A stretch of DNA of 63,667 nt, counting the filler, from Octopus bimaculoides (taxonomy: Eukaryota), in assembly GCF_001194135.2 (NCBI RefSeq). It is 5 parts of 4 records of this genome, joined end to end, with 100 filler letters (N's around TTAATTAATTAA, not from the genome) between each part and the next. Parts side by side here need not be neighbours in the genome. Positions count along the whole stretch, not along the records: positions 43,676 to 58,883 come from NC_068987.1; positions 58,984 to 61,610 come from NW_026429101.1; positions 61,711 to 63,667 come from NW_026381638.1; 2 more parts are not named here. The stretch is one strand, 5' to 3'. Below, one piece after another: positions 52,150 to 63,667 of the stretch; position 1 is the first letter of the stretch; every line of letters starts with the position of its first letter. The translations under genes and the position numbers were made by a program. The notes beneath the pieces were generated by a model. It did no database searches. It saw nothing but the letters and a program-made list of their open reading frames with translations, and had not been told where the DNA came from.

Positions 52150-54031
52150 TACTGCGAAGTTCTAAATCGTTGTCGTCAGTGTTTTTGCTTCTTCTCGCAG
52201 ACACATGTTTATTTTCACCTCCTGTTGCGTGGTGAAAGCGGCGGCAGGTTGGTTCCTCTTGATAGTGGGAGAGAACCAGGGGAAGAGAGAAAGACAGAAA
52301 CTAAACACGCAGTGCCTGCGATAGAGTGTATTTAAAACTTCAAGACGACGTCGATGAAACAAGAAAAGGGAATCAGTTAATAGAAATAGTAGACGAGGGA
52401 GAAAGCAGTTGAAATTCACTTGACTTAAAACTTTCTAACAAACAATACAAATATTTTAATGCCAACATCCAAATTTTACGTCAGAATATTTTTTTAATAA
52501 ATTACCTCCTTTTTTATTATTTGTTTTCTTACCAGGGTAGAAGAAAAAATACAATACAATTTTTTTTTAATACCCTAGAGCAATCAACAAAGCATCTNNN
52601 NNNNNNNNNNNNNNNNNNNNNNNNNNNNNNNNNNNNNNNNNNNNNNNNNNNNNNNNNNNNNNNNNNNNNNNNNNNNNNNNNNNNNNNNNNNNNNNNNNNN
52701 NNNNNNNNNNNNNNNNNNNNNNNNNNNNNNNNNNNNNNNNNNNNNNNNNNNNNNNNNNNNNNNNNNNNNNNNNNTTAAGTAGGAATCTTTCGTATCTACC
52801 ACCCCTAAAAAATTGCTTCAGACTTCACTTATTGCTGCTGTCTTTTTCATTTTTTGCATTTTTTTTTTTTTTGCTGTTCGTTTATCCCTTGTGTAGAGTT
52901 TTATTTGTTTTACATTTTTATTTTATTTTCGTCCTCAAGTGAGAAGCTGGAACGATTTTTCCAGTTACATCTTCCCACCCCGCCTACTCGACCTCTCCAC
53001 GCTATGAAGTAAACTGTATTTGGTTTAGTTTCAAACTTTCTTTTCTATTATAACTTTTTATCTTTTGGGGGTTTTTTTCCTTTCTTTCTGATGCTACTAA
53101 AAGCCTCTGTTCTTCCTCCCCCCTCTTCCTTTTCTGTCTCTCATCCTTCCCCTCTCTATCTCTCTTATTTTCATTCGTTCTCTCTCTTGTAATTGTACTT
53201 TCGCACATTCTTTCAAAAGCGAATTGTGTTGTGAATATATTACATCCTTCCAACGTAGACAGTCATAGAGTTTGCAAAGTTTGAGTGGGTTGATAAGTTT
53301 AGTGAATAAATAAAATTGATAGTTCGAGTGAGTGAACAGAGCTAGCTAAACTGATTGATAGATAAAAAGGATAGATATTTTAAAATTTATCCTCTTATAT
53401 ATATATATATGGTATGAATGTGTGTTTTCGTAAGTAGATGACTGAATAATGATATAGGTATCTATCTATAATTATGTACATATACACATCCATATATATA
53501 CTACAGGCAATCTTTCTGAATACCGAAAGATTGCCTATATGTATACACACATTTATATATAGATACATACAGCTGAATTGTATATACGAATATATAACTC
53601 GCAACTCTATTGTATATCAATACATATGAAGTGATCTTGCGCTCGTAAGATTTTTTTCGTAGTTATTTATTTAAAATACAGGTGAGTACGTTATATAGAA
53701 CTTAAGAGATACATGCATGGTGTGTGTTTATAATTGAGTATTGGTTGGTGATGGTGATGGTGGTGGAGAAGGCATTTCGAACAATGAAATCTAAAGAAAC
53801 TTCCTGAATTTGCTCTGTCAGTGTTGACAGGTGCCTGACCGTGTGTGGTGGGCGAGAGGTTAGGGTTAGTGGGTTTGGTGGTTGCCATGACCACACTGTT
53901 AATGGGGAAAGAGTGAGGTGGGGTATTGTGGTATGAGAATGCGATAGAAAATGGTAGTGAGGAAGGGGTTTAGAGGGATCCTCCGCTCTTATTTTCTTCC
54001 TTTTTCTTATTCTCTTTCTTTCTTACCACAG

Positions 54032-54045
54032 GAGATTGATGAGTA
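54032..54045 (+). CDS. Candidate 14-nt microexon (EIDE+ta), phase 0-2
   Basis: Long polypyrimidine tract + CAG; GTAAGT donor. Confidence 0.4.
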
Positions 54046-54764
54046 GTAAGTAAACGGGTGGGAAAGACGAAAGTGCACGCAATATTACAACGGAGAAAAG
54101 AGGTAGGGGTTATACTTTATAGCGGGATAGAAATGGTAAGTGGCGGAGATGGTGGTGGTGGTAAAGGTTGAACAAACAAGGAGAATGAGATCTGCTGGGT
54201 GAAATCAAACATGATGGTGATGATGATAGCATTTTGTGGGGTGGTGGCCTCTGTTTTTCTCTCTTTTCTCCCTCCCCGCTGTTGTGTTGTCTTGTCTGAC
54301 GATATGGGCTTCCAGTTACATCTCAACGTCTTCCCCCAGAGACATCCAGTTCTCTTCACTGACGCCTTCAGCGTTGGAGGTCTGTTTCATTTTTCTTTCT
54401 TGCTTTTTTCTCTTCTATATATTTTTTACGCTTTTTTGTGTGCAGTGTGGTGGTGGTAGTGATGGTGGATTAGTTGTTGTTGATGTTGATGTCAGTAGTC
54501 AGTCACACAGATGGGTGAGGAAAGCAGGGTCTTAACTCTCTCACCCACTCTCTCGTTTTTATATGACTGTGTATTTGTCTTGAGGTGTCATGTGTATACA
54601 CATATATATAATNNNNNNNNNNNNNNNNNNNNNNNNNNNNNNNNNNNNNNNNNNNNNNNNNNNNNNNNNNNNNNNNNNNNNNNNNNNNNNNNNNNNNNNN
54701 NNNNNNNNNNNNNNNNNNNNNNNNNNNNNNNNNNNNNNNNNNNNNNNNNNNNNNNNNNNNNNNN

Positions 54765-54801
<37 letters not shown>

Positions 54802-56689
54802 TGAGGAATTGAAATTGTGTGATGTTCATTGCTTCATATCCACATGCACAGTACAAACGTACCACAATGAACGTGTATGCGTGCACACAACTTGTGCATT
54901 TCACTCGTAAAACCACACAGTTTTGGATAAGTCTGTTTTTAGCTTAGAACAAACAGTATGTATATATGAAGCACTGAGGTTGACTAGAATGGTCAATATT
55001 CAATTCAAATTCGTCACATTTTTCTTTTGTCTCTAGTTTTACTTTGGGTGGGTGGGTACTTCGATTGGATCGTTTGTACCTAGAGACTTAGACATGTTTC
55101 ATTGCTTAATCCTACCACCTTGCAAAGAAGGGCAACCTTTACGTGGATGGTTGTTCGACCTGATTGAAATAGTGATCGAATTTTCCACAGAACAGGACTG
55201 TCGTGGTTGGAAGTGTTTCTGATCATATGATCAATCAAAGTAGGGTTGGAACAAAACAACATTGGATTTGTTTTGTTTGGGAGTGAGGAGATTCCTTTAG
55301 TGTAATTCATTTGCTACTCTGTTGTTGCAAGTATTCTCCTCCCTCGTAAAGACTTATTTAGTGTCACTTCCAGCAACCCCAGTCAAACAACCATCCAACC
55401 AGTCTGCCAGCCAATTAACCACATGTCTTCTACGTGTAAGTTACCAACGTATCTTACGTCAAACCAGCAGTTTTCTCATAAAAAGGAGAATTCGAAAACG
55501 TTCTCTAACGGAGACAGGACTTGCACAGCAATTTCGTCTCCTTCAGTTGGTGGCACAATGCCATAATGTTAATTACTGTACGTATATCTTTAGAAACCAC
55601 CTTCTATACTCTTGGGCAACAGGTAGTTAAATTCCTGAAATGCCATACTTCTCAGTCTCTGATGATCCCTATCTCTCTCTCTGATCTTTACAGTCATACC
55701 ATTAAAAGTAGAACCTTCCTCTCTAGAGCCAAAGAAAAAAAAAAAAGAATTCAACATTGATCAGCTGCTGGTTCTCTGTAAAGCTCAAAGTGAGACTTGC
55801 TCTACCTTAATCCTTCCTTGCCAGAACGTCACTCGACTCTGTGGAATTATCTTGCAACACAGTTTTCGTTGCAAATGTTCCAGCCGACCATTCGATGTCA
55901 GCATTTCTGTGCTCAACTCTATCCAGCGACTGATCCGTTGGATGTCTGACGTTTGGCACTTCATCAGGAATGGCTTCCATTAGAACAAATGACCAAAAAA
56001 CACAATTATCTATCAGAACAGATTATTAAAATTTAACTATACCGTTCTTCCGCCATGCTATTTATTTATATATTGTGTGTGACACCTAGACACAGGACCT
56101 CCCAAAGATATATCTTCTAATCGTGATAGTCATTTCGTAAAGGATTAAACAGAAGTGGTGCAGAGAGTGAGGGAATGGCTAGAAAGAACTTTTATTGTGA
56201 TATAATTATGCTTTGATTGAAACAATGCAATCAAGTTTAATAGTACACAGTTCCTAGCCACACACGAACCTACATATACACCTTTTCTCTATCTATCTCT
56301 AGTTATTTCACCCCTCATTTTTTAAAAATTTCTATTTCTCACTGCTCTGTTGTTATTCGTCTTCATTTTCCCCTCCCTTTATCTAGTTATTTCTCTTTCT
56401 TTTTCTTTTTTTCACCCCCTTGCCTCTTATTTCTACTCCCAAGTTATTCGCACACATACTCTCTCTCTATTTGTTGTATTACCCTAGCGTCTCCTTATCT
56501 CTCTCCCACTTCCTTCCACTCTTTATCATTTGTCTCCCTCAAACAACCGAGACTATTGCTATCTAATCTCAAGATTTCTTCACTTCTGCCAGTAGAGTTT
56601 TGGGCCACACATGTTCACCGAGAACATTCCGTAACGACATTTTATTTTCCCTCTTTTATTTTTTCTTCATTATAAGTTGGTAGCGAAGG

Positions 56690-56840
56690 GCGGTGGATGA
56701 CAGCAGAATTGGTTGAGTGACAGACAAAATATCTTGTTGTATTTAGTTACGTTCCTACACATTCTGTGTTCAAATCCCGCTGAGGTTAACTTTGCCATTC
56801 CTCCGAGGAGAGAGTTGGGGACGATAAAATAAAGTACTAG
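56690..56840 (+). mobile_element. SINE family A (diverged)
   Basis: Matches family A. Confidence 0.7.
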
Positions 56841-57540
56841 GCATAACTGCAATTCAGTTTTGTCTCTACCTCTCGAATTTGTTTCTTTGTTACCTTCTTA
56901 ATAAAGCATATGTTGATTTTATCTTGCGGTTGTATTTTTATTATTATTTCTTTATTCAGAAAAGAACATAAAACATGTCTGTTCTTTTTTAAACATTTAA
57001 AATTGGCAAGGAAACCGTATTAAACAAACGGTGTTTTACGAATGAAGTTCCTTACAACAGATTAGACATTCTTTTGTCGCTGTTACTGTCAGAAATGCAG
57101 TGAACCAGTGAAATACTTCGAACCATTATTTTCTCTTCCTTTTATTTTATGATCTCTTACATAGATACAACTATAGATTTTATAAGAAGCAAAGAACAAA
57201 AAAATGTGTGTTGCTCTTGCCTTTTTCAAAGACTTTGGGTATACGGTTTCTACCAGGAATCGAAACTGATTCGCAATCACAGCTTATTTAATGGATGTTA
57301 ACCCCCCCCCCACACACACACACTCTCAAAGAATTTGATAATTACTAAAATATATGTTGCAGTAAGCAAGAGATATATAATTCATTCATTAAAATTATAT
57401 CCATAATTAGGAACAAGAAATCCTATTGCTTTTAAATTCTGACTGTCAAAAGTAAGAAGACGACTTCGAAATTTAAATTAAGTAGTAAACGAGGATATGC
57501 AACGGGCAGTATTTCCGATCTTTGGTGAGCACTGCGATAA

Positions 57541-57581
57541 CTCTGGACCGGTTTCGGCTTTATTAGACCTCTTTAGCGAAG
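57541..57581 (-). ncRNA. Degenerate minimal hammerhead-like motif
   Basis: Minus strand CTTCG-CTAAAGA-GGTCT.AATA.AAGCC-GAAACCGGTC-CAGAG. Confidence 0.5.
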
Positions 57582-57639
57582 CACAGTCTTGACTGGTACT
57601 AACCAGATCCTAGATGATTCAGAAATAAATAATCAGAAT

Positions 57640-57915
57640 CATCATTTTTATGCCTGTTTTTCCCATGCTAGCAATGGTTGGACGGGATTTATTTTTTCCA
57701 GCATCTTGTCACTCGTAGTAGTCTTGACTTCCCCTTCGTGATGTCCATTCAGCTTCCTGAGATCAAATTTCACCACTCCTTCCAACGCATTCAACGATCT
57801 TCCTCTTCCGCAGTCTCCTTTATAGTGGGTTGCTTGAAGCACTTTTTACACAACTGTCATCCTTCAAACGTACCAGCGCGATCTTCTCTCGTGCACACTA
57901 CAGCTGATTCCTCTT
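57640..57915 (-). mobile_element. RTE LINE 3' end fragment
   Basis: GIRGISCSVHERRSRWY..DDSCVKKC..KGDCGRGRS..VVKFDLRKL.. Confidence 0.75.
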
Positions 57916-59296
57916 ATACCCCCCCCCCCATCTCAAATGTGCTCCATCATTCATGCATGTTGACATTACACATCCAGCGGAGCATATTCGTCTGAATTCC
58001 CCCCACACACATACATACGCATCACAAGGTGATTTATACATTAAAACCATATAAAGTACATAAATATATATTTTAAGCCTTATATAAGCATTAAAATAAC
58101 CTTTAAATATACACATTTTCACATATTATTTATTCATATTTGCGTGGACTTACAGTTGGTGCTTAGGTGATAGGCTTTTCATTGTGTGTGTTTAGTTCTG
58201 GCAATGTCTAATTTACAATATTTATTGCCAATGATTTTTATAAAGTTATAAAACACAAACATTTAACAGTGACTTCGTGTAACTTTATATATATTTGCTA
58301 GCCAAGTGTAGCAAAACATATGGACTCCACCCTATAAATAATAATAACAATAATAATTAGTGGCTTCTCCACGTCTCCATTTTCATGTTCTTATTCTGTT
58401 GGAGCGTTATGCGTGTTTGTGTGCTGTCATCTATATATGCGTTTGTATAAGTAAGTATGTGCGTGCGTGCGTGTACTCATTAATTTCTAGAAAATGTGTT
58501 TCATTCTAAACTTGCATCCGTAATTACTGTATAATCACAGCAAATGAACTTACCGAACTCTTCTATGAACTCTCCTATGGTGTAATTGTTGCCGACGCAG
58601 AGCCATCATCAGTTTCTCGTATTCCGGATTTTACTGTAATTACTTTAGTCAACCGTCTTAATGAAATACAACTGACGGAAAGGACCCAAAGGAGAAACGT
58701 TTTCAGAATCATGTGCAAACCTACTTAGCAAGATTGTACCGACTGATTTTCATCGTCGGTCAAAGCCATTTCACTTTGCTTGCTAAAAACTTCGGGAAAA
58801 GCATGAATATTACACACACATATACACACACCTCACTTCACTTCCTCCCCAATCTCTTTACACATATATATGTGTGTGTGTATNNNNNNNNNNNNNNNNN
58901 NNNNNNNNNNNNNNNNNNNNNNNNNNNTTAATTAATTAANNNNNNNNNNNNNNNNNNNNNNNNNNNNNNNNNNNNNNNNNNNNCGTCCTAATGAACTTGG
59001 ATATGATTTTCTTATATGATTTTACATAGTCCTAATTAAGCCATGAAACACGCGTAGTCGATGTACAGGTACTTACTTTTATACATTATATTATTGTATT
59101 AATTTCTATTGTTAATTTATTGACAGTGAATTCGCAATATTATGAAATTGTCAAGAAAAATTTCTTTATATCTTGCATGAGCCTTTAATTCCTAATTTCA
59201 AATCCTGATGAGTTTAATACCAATCTTTCGTCCTCCGGCAGTCAATAAACTAATTTCTAATCATGCACTTGATTTAATTTTCATGCAATTTCTCAG

Positions 59297-59337
59297 CTAC
59301 GAATGGAATCATAACATTCCGTCTAGTAACAATTTAG
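59297..59337 (+). CDS. Candidate 41-nt exon (YEWNHNIPSSNNL), phase 2-1
   Basis: tttctCAG acceptor, TAG|GTAAGT donor, only the phase-2 frame is open. Confidence 0.45.
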
Positions 59338-59982
59338 GTAAGTGAATCCTATTGTTTGCAGCTAAATATCTTGGTCAAAATAATGAATCCCTAATTATAA
59401 GTGCAAATCACTCACCTACGAAGGCAAGAACTTTCTTATGAAATCAAGAATACGCTTTCCTAAAGGTATTATATATACTACCGATGTCATTTATTATCCT
59501 TTCTATCTAAATGTATTGAATTATCAATTCATTTTGTATGGAATTGTAACGTGTGAAATTATTGAATGCAAGATGGTATTTGTACTTCTAGATATGCATT
59601 ACAACAAATAGAATATATGACATCTCAGTGGAGATAATTATACTTCTATGCTGTAAATATATGTCGTCTGCGCTTATACTAATGATATAATCATTAACAT
59701 GGGTAAAGAGAATCCTTGAGTAACAAAATATATATTTCAATGCATTGAAATTTGTATTGCAAGAAGTAAACAGCTCTCAGAGTGCCCAGTCTCCAACTTG
59801 TTGCGACAATCGTTTCAAGCTACTTCATTTCACCTGATTTACATCATTAACGTTCAAGAGGAGGGAATGATCGTTATGCCAGCTCATTGTACACCTATCC
59901 AAATTTGTGGTCAAGTGACTATTTAAGTAAACTATCATATATTTCACTCATGTTCATGAAATCAATAATGTATTTCTCACAG

Positions 59983-60068
59983 AAATTTGTCTTAATGGAG
60001 TAGATTTATTACTTAACGTTATTAATTACATTGCCGGCAGGCATCGTTTATCGCTCTGTGGTCTTTGA
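59983..60068 (+). CDS. Candidate terminal exon (ICLNGVDLLLNVINYIAGRHRLSLCGL*), phase 1
   Basis: tatttctcaCAG acceptor; open in the phase required by the previous exon. Confidence 0.25.
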
Positions 60069-60349
60069 TTGTCAATCACTTAGAAGACAAGCACGTTTGA
60101 GAATATGCTTGAAATGATGCATGATACATTATAAACAATTTGGCTTTCAATTTAAAACAGCTATATGATATTTATTTTAATATTGACTTAGATCTGTTTC
60201 TACCTCCACTCTCTCTTTCGTGCCTAAAATCTCATTTTATTCTAAAATTCCACAAAATAATAAAGGCTACTTCCATAAATATAAAATTTACTTACGTAAT
60301 CAACAACTAGAAAAACAATTCAGTGTATCTTCAATTCACCGGTAAAAGT

Positions 60350-61022
60350 AAGGCGGCGGGCTTGAAGAATCGTTAGCACGTTCTGAGTTCAAATTCCGCG
60401 GAGGTCGACTNNNNNNNNNNNNNNNNNNNNNNNNNNNNNNNNNNNNNNNNNNNNNNNNNNNNNNNNNNNNNNNNNNNNNNNNNNNNNNNNNNNNNNNNNN
60501 NNNNNNNNNNNNNNNNNNNNNNNNNNNNNNNNNNNNNNNNNNNNNNNNNNNNNNNNNNNNNNNNNNNNNNNNNNNNNNNNNNNNNNNNNNNNNNNNNNNN
60601 NNNNNNNNNNNNNNNNNNNNNNNNNNNNNNNNNNNNNNNNNNNNNNNNNNNNNNNNNNNNNNNNNNNNNNNNNNNNNNNNNNNNNNNNNNNNNNNNNNNN
60701 NNNNNNNNNNNNNNNNNNNNNNNNNNNNNNNNNNNNNNNNNNNNNNNNNNNNNNNNNNNNNNNNNNNNNNNNNNNNNNNNNNNNNNNNNNNNNNNNNNNN
60801 NNNNNNNNNNNNNNNNNNNNNNNNNNNNNNNNNNNNNNNNNNNNNNNNNNNNNNNNNNNNNNNNNNNNNNNNNNNNNNNNNNNNNNNNNNNNNNNNNNNN
60901 NNNNNNNNNNNNNNNNNNNNNNNNNNNNNNNTGAATTAATTACCAGTTGCGTAATGGGGTCCATCTTACCGACTGCCCCCTCCCCCAAAATTTCAGGCCT
61001 TGTACCTAGAGTAGAAAAGAAT
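60350..61022 (+). mobile_element. SINE family A spanning an assembly gap
   Basis: Head at 60350-60410, tail at 60932-61022. Confidence 0.75.
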
Positions 61023-61744
61023 ACAGCGATAAAAGTAGCAGTGCAATGGAAACAAGTGTATCTAACAATTGCATAAAATGGGCGGACATAAAGCAAATTA
61101 TTACGCTATTGTATAGGGCGTTACTGCAGAAATTAAAGCGAAGAAGATTGAGATTTAAATGGTAAAGTATTACATTTGGTATTCGATCATGTATGCGCAC
61201 TCGCTCCATTTGGCAGTTAATAGTGCGGTACTGATGCAAATAAATACTCCAAATTTCAAATGCGTCGGCAATACAACACTAACATCATGGGAGATAGAAG
61301 GAAGATGTGCATAAACAAATACTCAAAAAGCATGAATTTTTATGACACGTGTTCTGGCCACATAAATCATAAATGTATTTTAGGAACAATAGGGGAGGGG
61401 TATATTATTTCCTTACTGACCATCGATACATCTATGTAGTTTATAATACACATTTGATGTGATAAATTGCGTCTTAGATTAATTCGAGTTGGATCTCAAT
61501 GTACAACCAATACTCTTTCCTCTGCATCAAGCACATCCTCATTGTCAACGAGTGAAATCTCGCACTCATTCTCTCGCTAAATCGTTCTCATTCCTTCTCT
61601 TTCGTTCCCANNNNNNNNNNNNNNNNNNNNNNNNNNNNNNNNNNNNNNNNNNNNTTAATTAATTAANNNNNNNNNNNNNNNNNNNNNNNNNNNNNNNNNN
61701 NNNNNNNNNNTATATATATTATATGCATATGTATATTATGTCTA

Positions 61745-61783
<39 letters not shown>

Positions 61784-61835
61784 CATATGCATATATATAT
61801 TAAGTATATATATTTATACATGTATAGATATGTAT

Positions 61836-61879
<44 letters not shown>

Positions 61880-62039
61880 TTTTTATTTATTTATTTATTT
61901 ATTTATGGGTTTCAGCCAAGTGGCTGTGGTCATGCTGGAGCACCACCGTGACTTTCCGTCTTTATGCTGTGCTCTCTTCACGTTCCTTGCATGGCTCTTC
62001 TCCTCAACCTGAAAGAGTCCAATCAAGTGTTTAGGACAT

Positions 62040-63667
62040 TAGTTTTAGTTAGGTTGATTCTAAGTCACTTCGAGTCTAGTTCTTGCTTCCACACATGAAA
62101 CTTCTCCTCTAGTTGTGATAGTGACTCAGCAATTTGTGCAAGGTCATCAGCATAGAGGAGCTCCCAGAAACATCATGTCTTGAATTCCTCTATTATAGCC
62201 TAGAGGACTATGATAAATAGGATGGGGCTGAGGACAGAACCTTGGTGGACCCCTACCTCTACCTGGAAATCTTCACTGTACTCATTGTCAACCCTCACCT
62301 TACTAACAGCGTCTCTGTACATGGCTCGCACAGCTCTCACTAACAATTCTTCTATGCCTACTTTCCTCACTGACCAACAAATGAGGGATTGGGGGACCCT
62401 GTCAAAGGCTTTCTCCATGTCAACGAAAGCCAGGTAGAGGTTTATCCTTGGCTAGGTATTTCTCCTGAAGCTCTCTTACCAGAAATATAGCATCAGTGGT
62501 GCTTTTCCCAGGCACGAACCCAAACTGCATCTCATCTAAACTGACCTGCTCCCTAAGTAGTCGGGCTATGACCCTCTTCGTGACTTTCATTACCTGATCT
62601 AACAGCTTGATACCTCTGTAATTGTTTGTATCTAAAGCATCACCTTTACCTTTGTAGCAGTTGACTATGGTACTGCTACCCCAGTCATTGGGTATGACTC
62701 CTTCGTGTATCACCTGGTTAACAATACTGGTGACTAGGCTATAGCGGACACTGCCAGATATTTTGAGCATCTCTGCAATGATTCCTGATGGGCCGGGGGC
62801 CNNNNNNNNNNNNNNNNNNNNNNNNNNNNNNNNNNNNNNNNNNNNNNNNNNNNNNNNNNNNNNNNNNNNNNNNNNNNNNNNNNNNNNNNNNNNNNNNNNN
62901 NNNNNNNNNNNNNNNNNNNNNNNNNNNNNNNNNNNNNNNNNNNNNNNNNNNNNNNNNNNNNNNNNNNNNNNNNNNNNNNNNNNNNNNNNNNNNNTCGTGA
63001 CTTTCATTACCTGATCTAACAGCTTGATACCTCTGTAATTGTTTGTATCTAAAGCATCACCTTTACCTTTGTAGCAGTTGACTATGGTACTGCTACCCCA
63101 GTCATTGGGTATGACTCCTTCGTGTATCACCTGGTTAACAATACTGGTGACTAGGCTATAGCGGACACTGCCAGATATTTTGAGCATCTCTGCAATGATT
63201 CCTGATGGGCCGGGGGCCTTCCCTGTCTTCATGCTCTTAATTGCTTTATCTACTATGGTACTGTCAACTCGGATAGCTGGTCCCTCTATTGGGTCGACAT
63301 TCGGCAGACTCTATTTCTTCCATTCATTCTCTTTATTGAGCAATCTTTCATAGTGGCGTCTCCAAACCTCTTTCTTTGCCGCCTCGTTTAGTGCAAGCAT
63401 GCCATCATAGATGTGAACATATTTCTCTGCCACGACATCATGATTCTCTCTCACACACTGGCTTGCAACATGAAATACCTCAAGTCTTTGGTCCTCACGA
63501 CGCAGAACATTGGCAAACTTTTTCTTATCTGCTTCCTCTCTGACTAAATAAACCTGTCACCTATCTTCCTTTCTGGCTGTCTGATACAATTCCCTGCTAC
63601 CAGCGTTCTTCCATTCATTCCAAGCCTGTTTCTTTTGTCTAATAGCCCTGTCAACAACATTGTTCCA
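62040..63667 (-). mobile_element. RTE-clade LINE ORF (RT), running off the window edge
   Basis: MKTGKAPGPSG..NYRGIKLL..QFGFVPGKSTTDAIF..QEKY..DMEKAFDRVP..GVHQGSVLSPILF..LLYADDL; a few frameshifts and stops. Confidence 0.93.

Noticed and set aside
55946-55967. Hammerhead-like CTGATGAAG..AAACGTCAG on the minus strand
   Set aside because: Stem II and the G of GAAA are missing, and stem I does not pair.
56075-56285. Possible solo LTR (minus strand TG..CA with AATAAA)
   Set aside because: No second copy, PBS, PPT or TSD to support it.
62420-63232. Tandem domain duplication in the RTE ORF
   Set aside because: An exact repeat on either side of an N gap; most likely a contig overlap.

Overview
This is an AT-rich, heavily gapped eukaryotic scaffold. 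The SINE repertoire, the microsatellite load and the mollusc-type 5S sequence suggest a coleoid cephalopod, probably Octopus (inference, not database-checked). No intact long gene is present, and most long ORFs in the track come from N runs or microsatellites. The window is mainly TE debris: at least four tRNA-headed or related SINE-like families (about 35 copies), decayed R4/Dong-type RLE LINE pieces stacked in (AAT)n arrays, a Ty3/gypsy pol remnant, two RTE-clade LINE families, a Penelope-like RT, two Tc1 relics and one mariner with both TIRs. Four observations stand out. (1) A 5S-rRNA-headed retroposon (SINE3-like or 5S-LINE chimera) sits inside an (AAT)n array among R4/Dong 3' ends. (2) Three different hammerhead-ribozyme-like motifs occur, one near-canonical. 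(3) A tentative small multi-exon host gene with an RFX/NF-Y/GC-box promoter lies at about 45.4-60.1 kb. (4) A pre-miRNA-like hairpin lies in its putative intron. Family names come from motif recall, not searches. Element boundaries are approximate unless a TSD or TIR is quoted.
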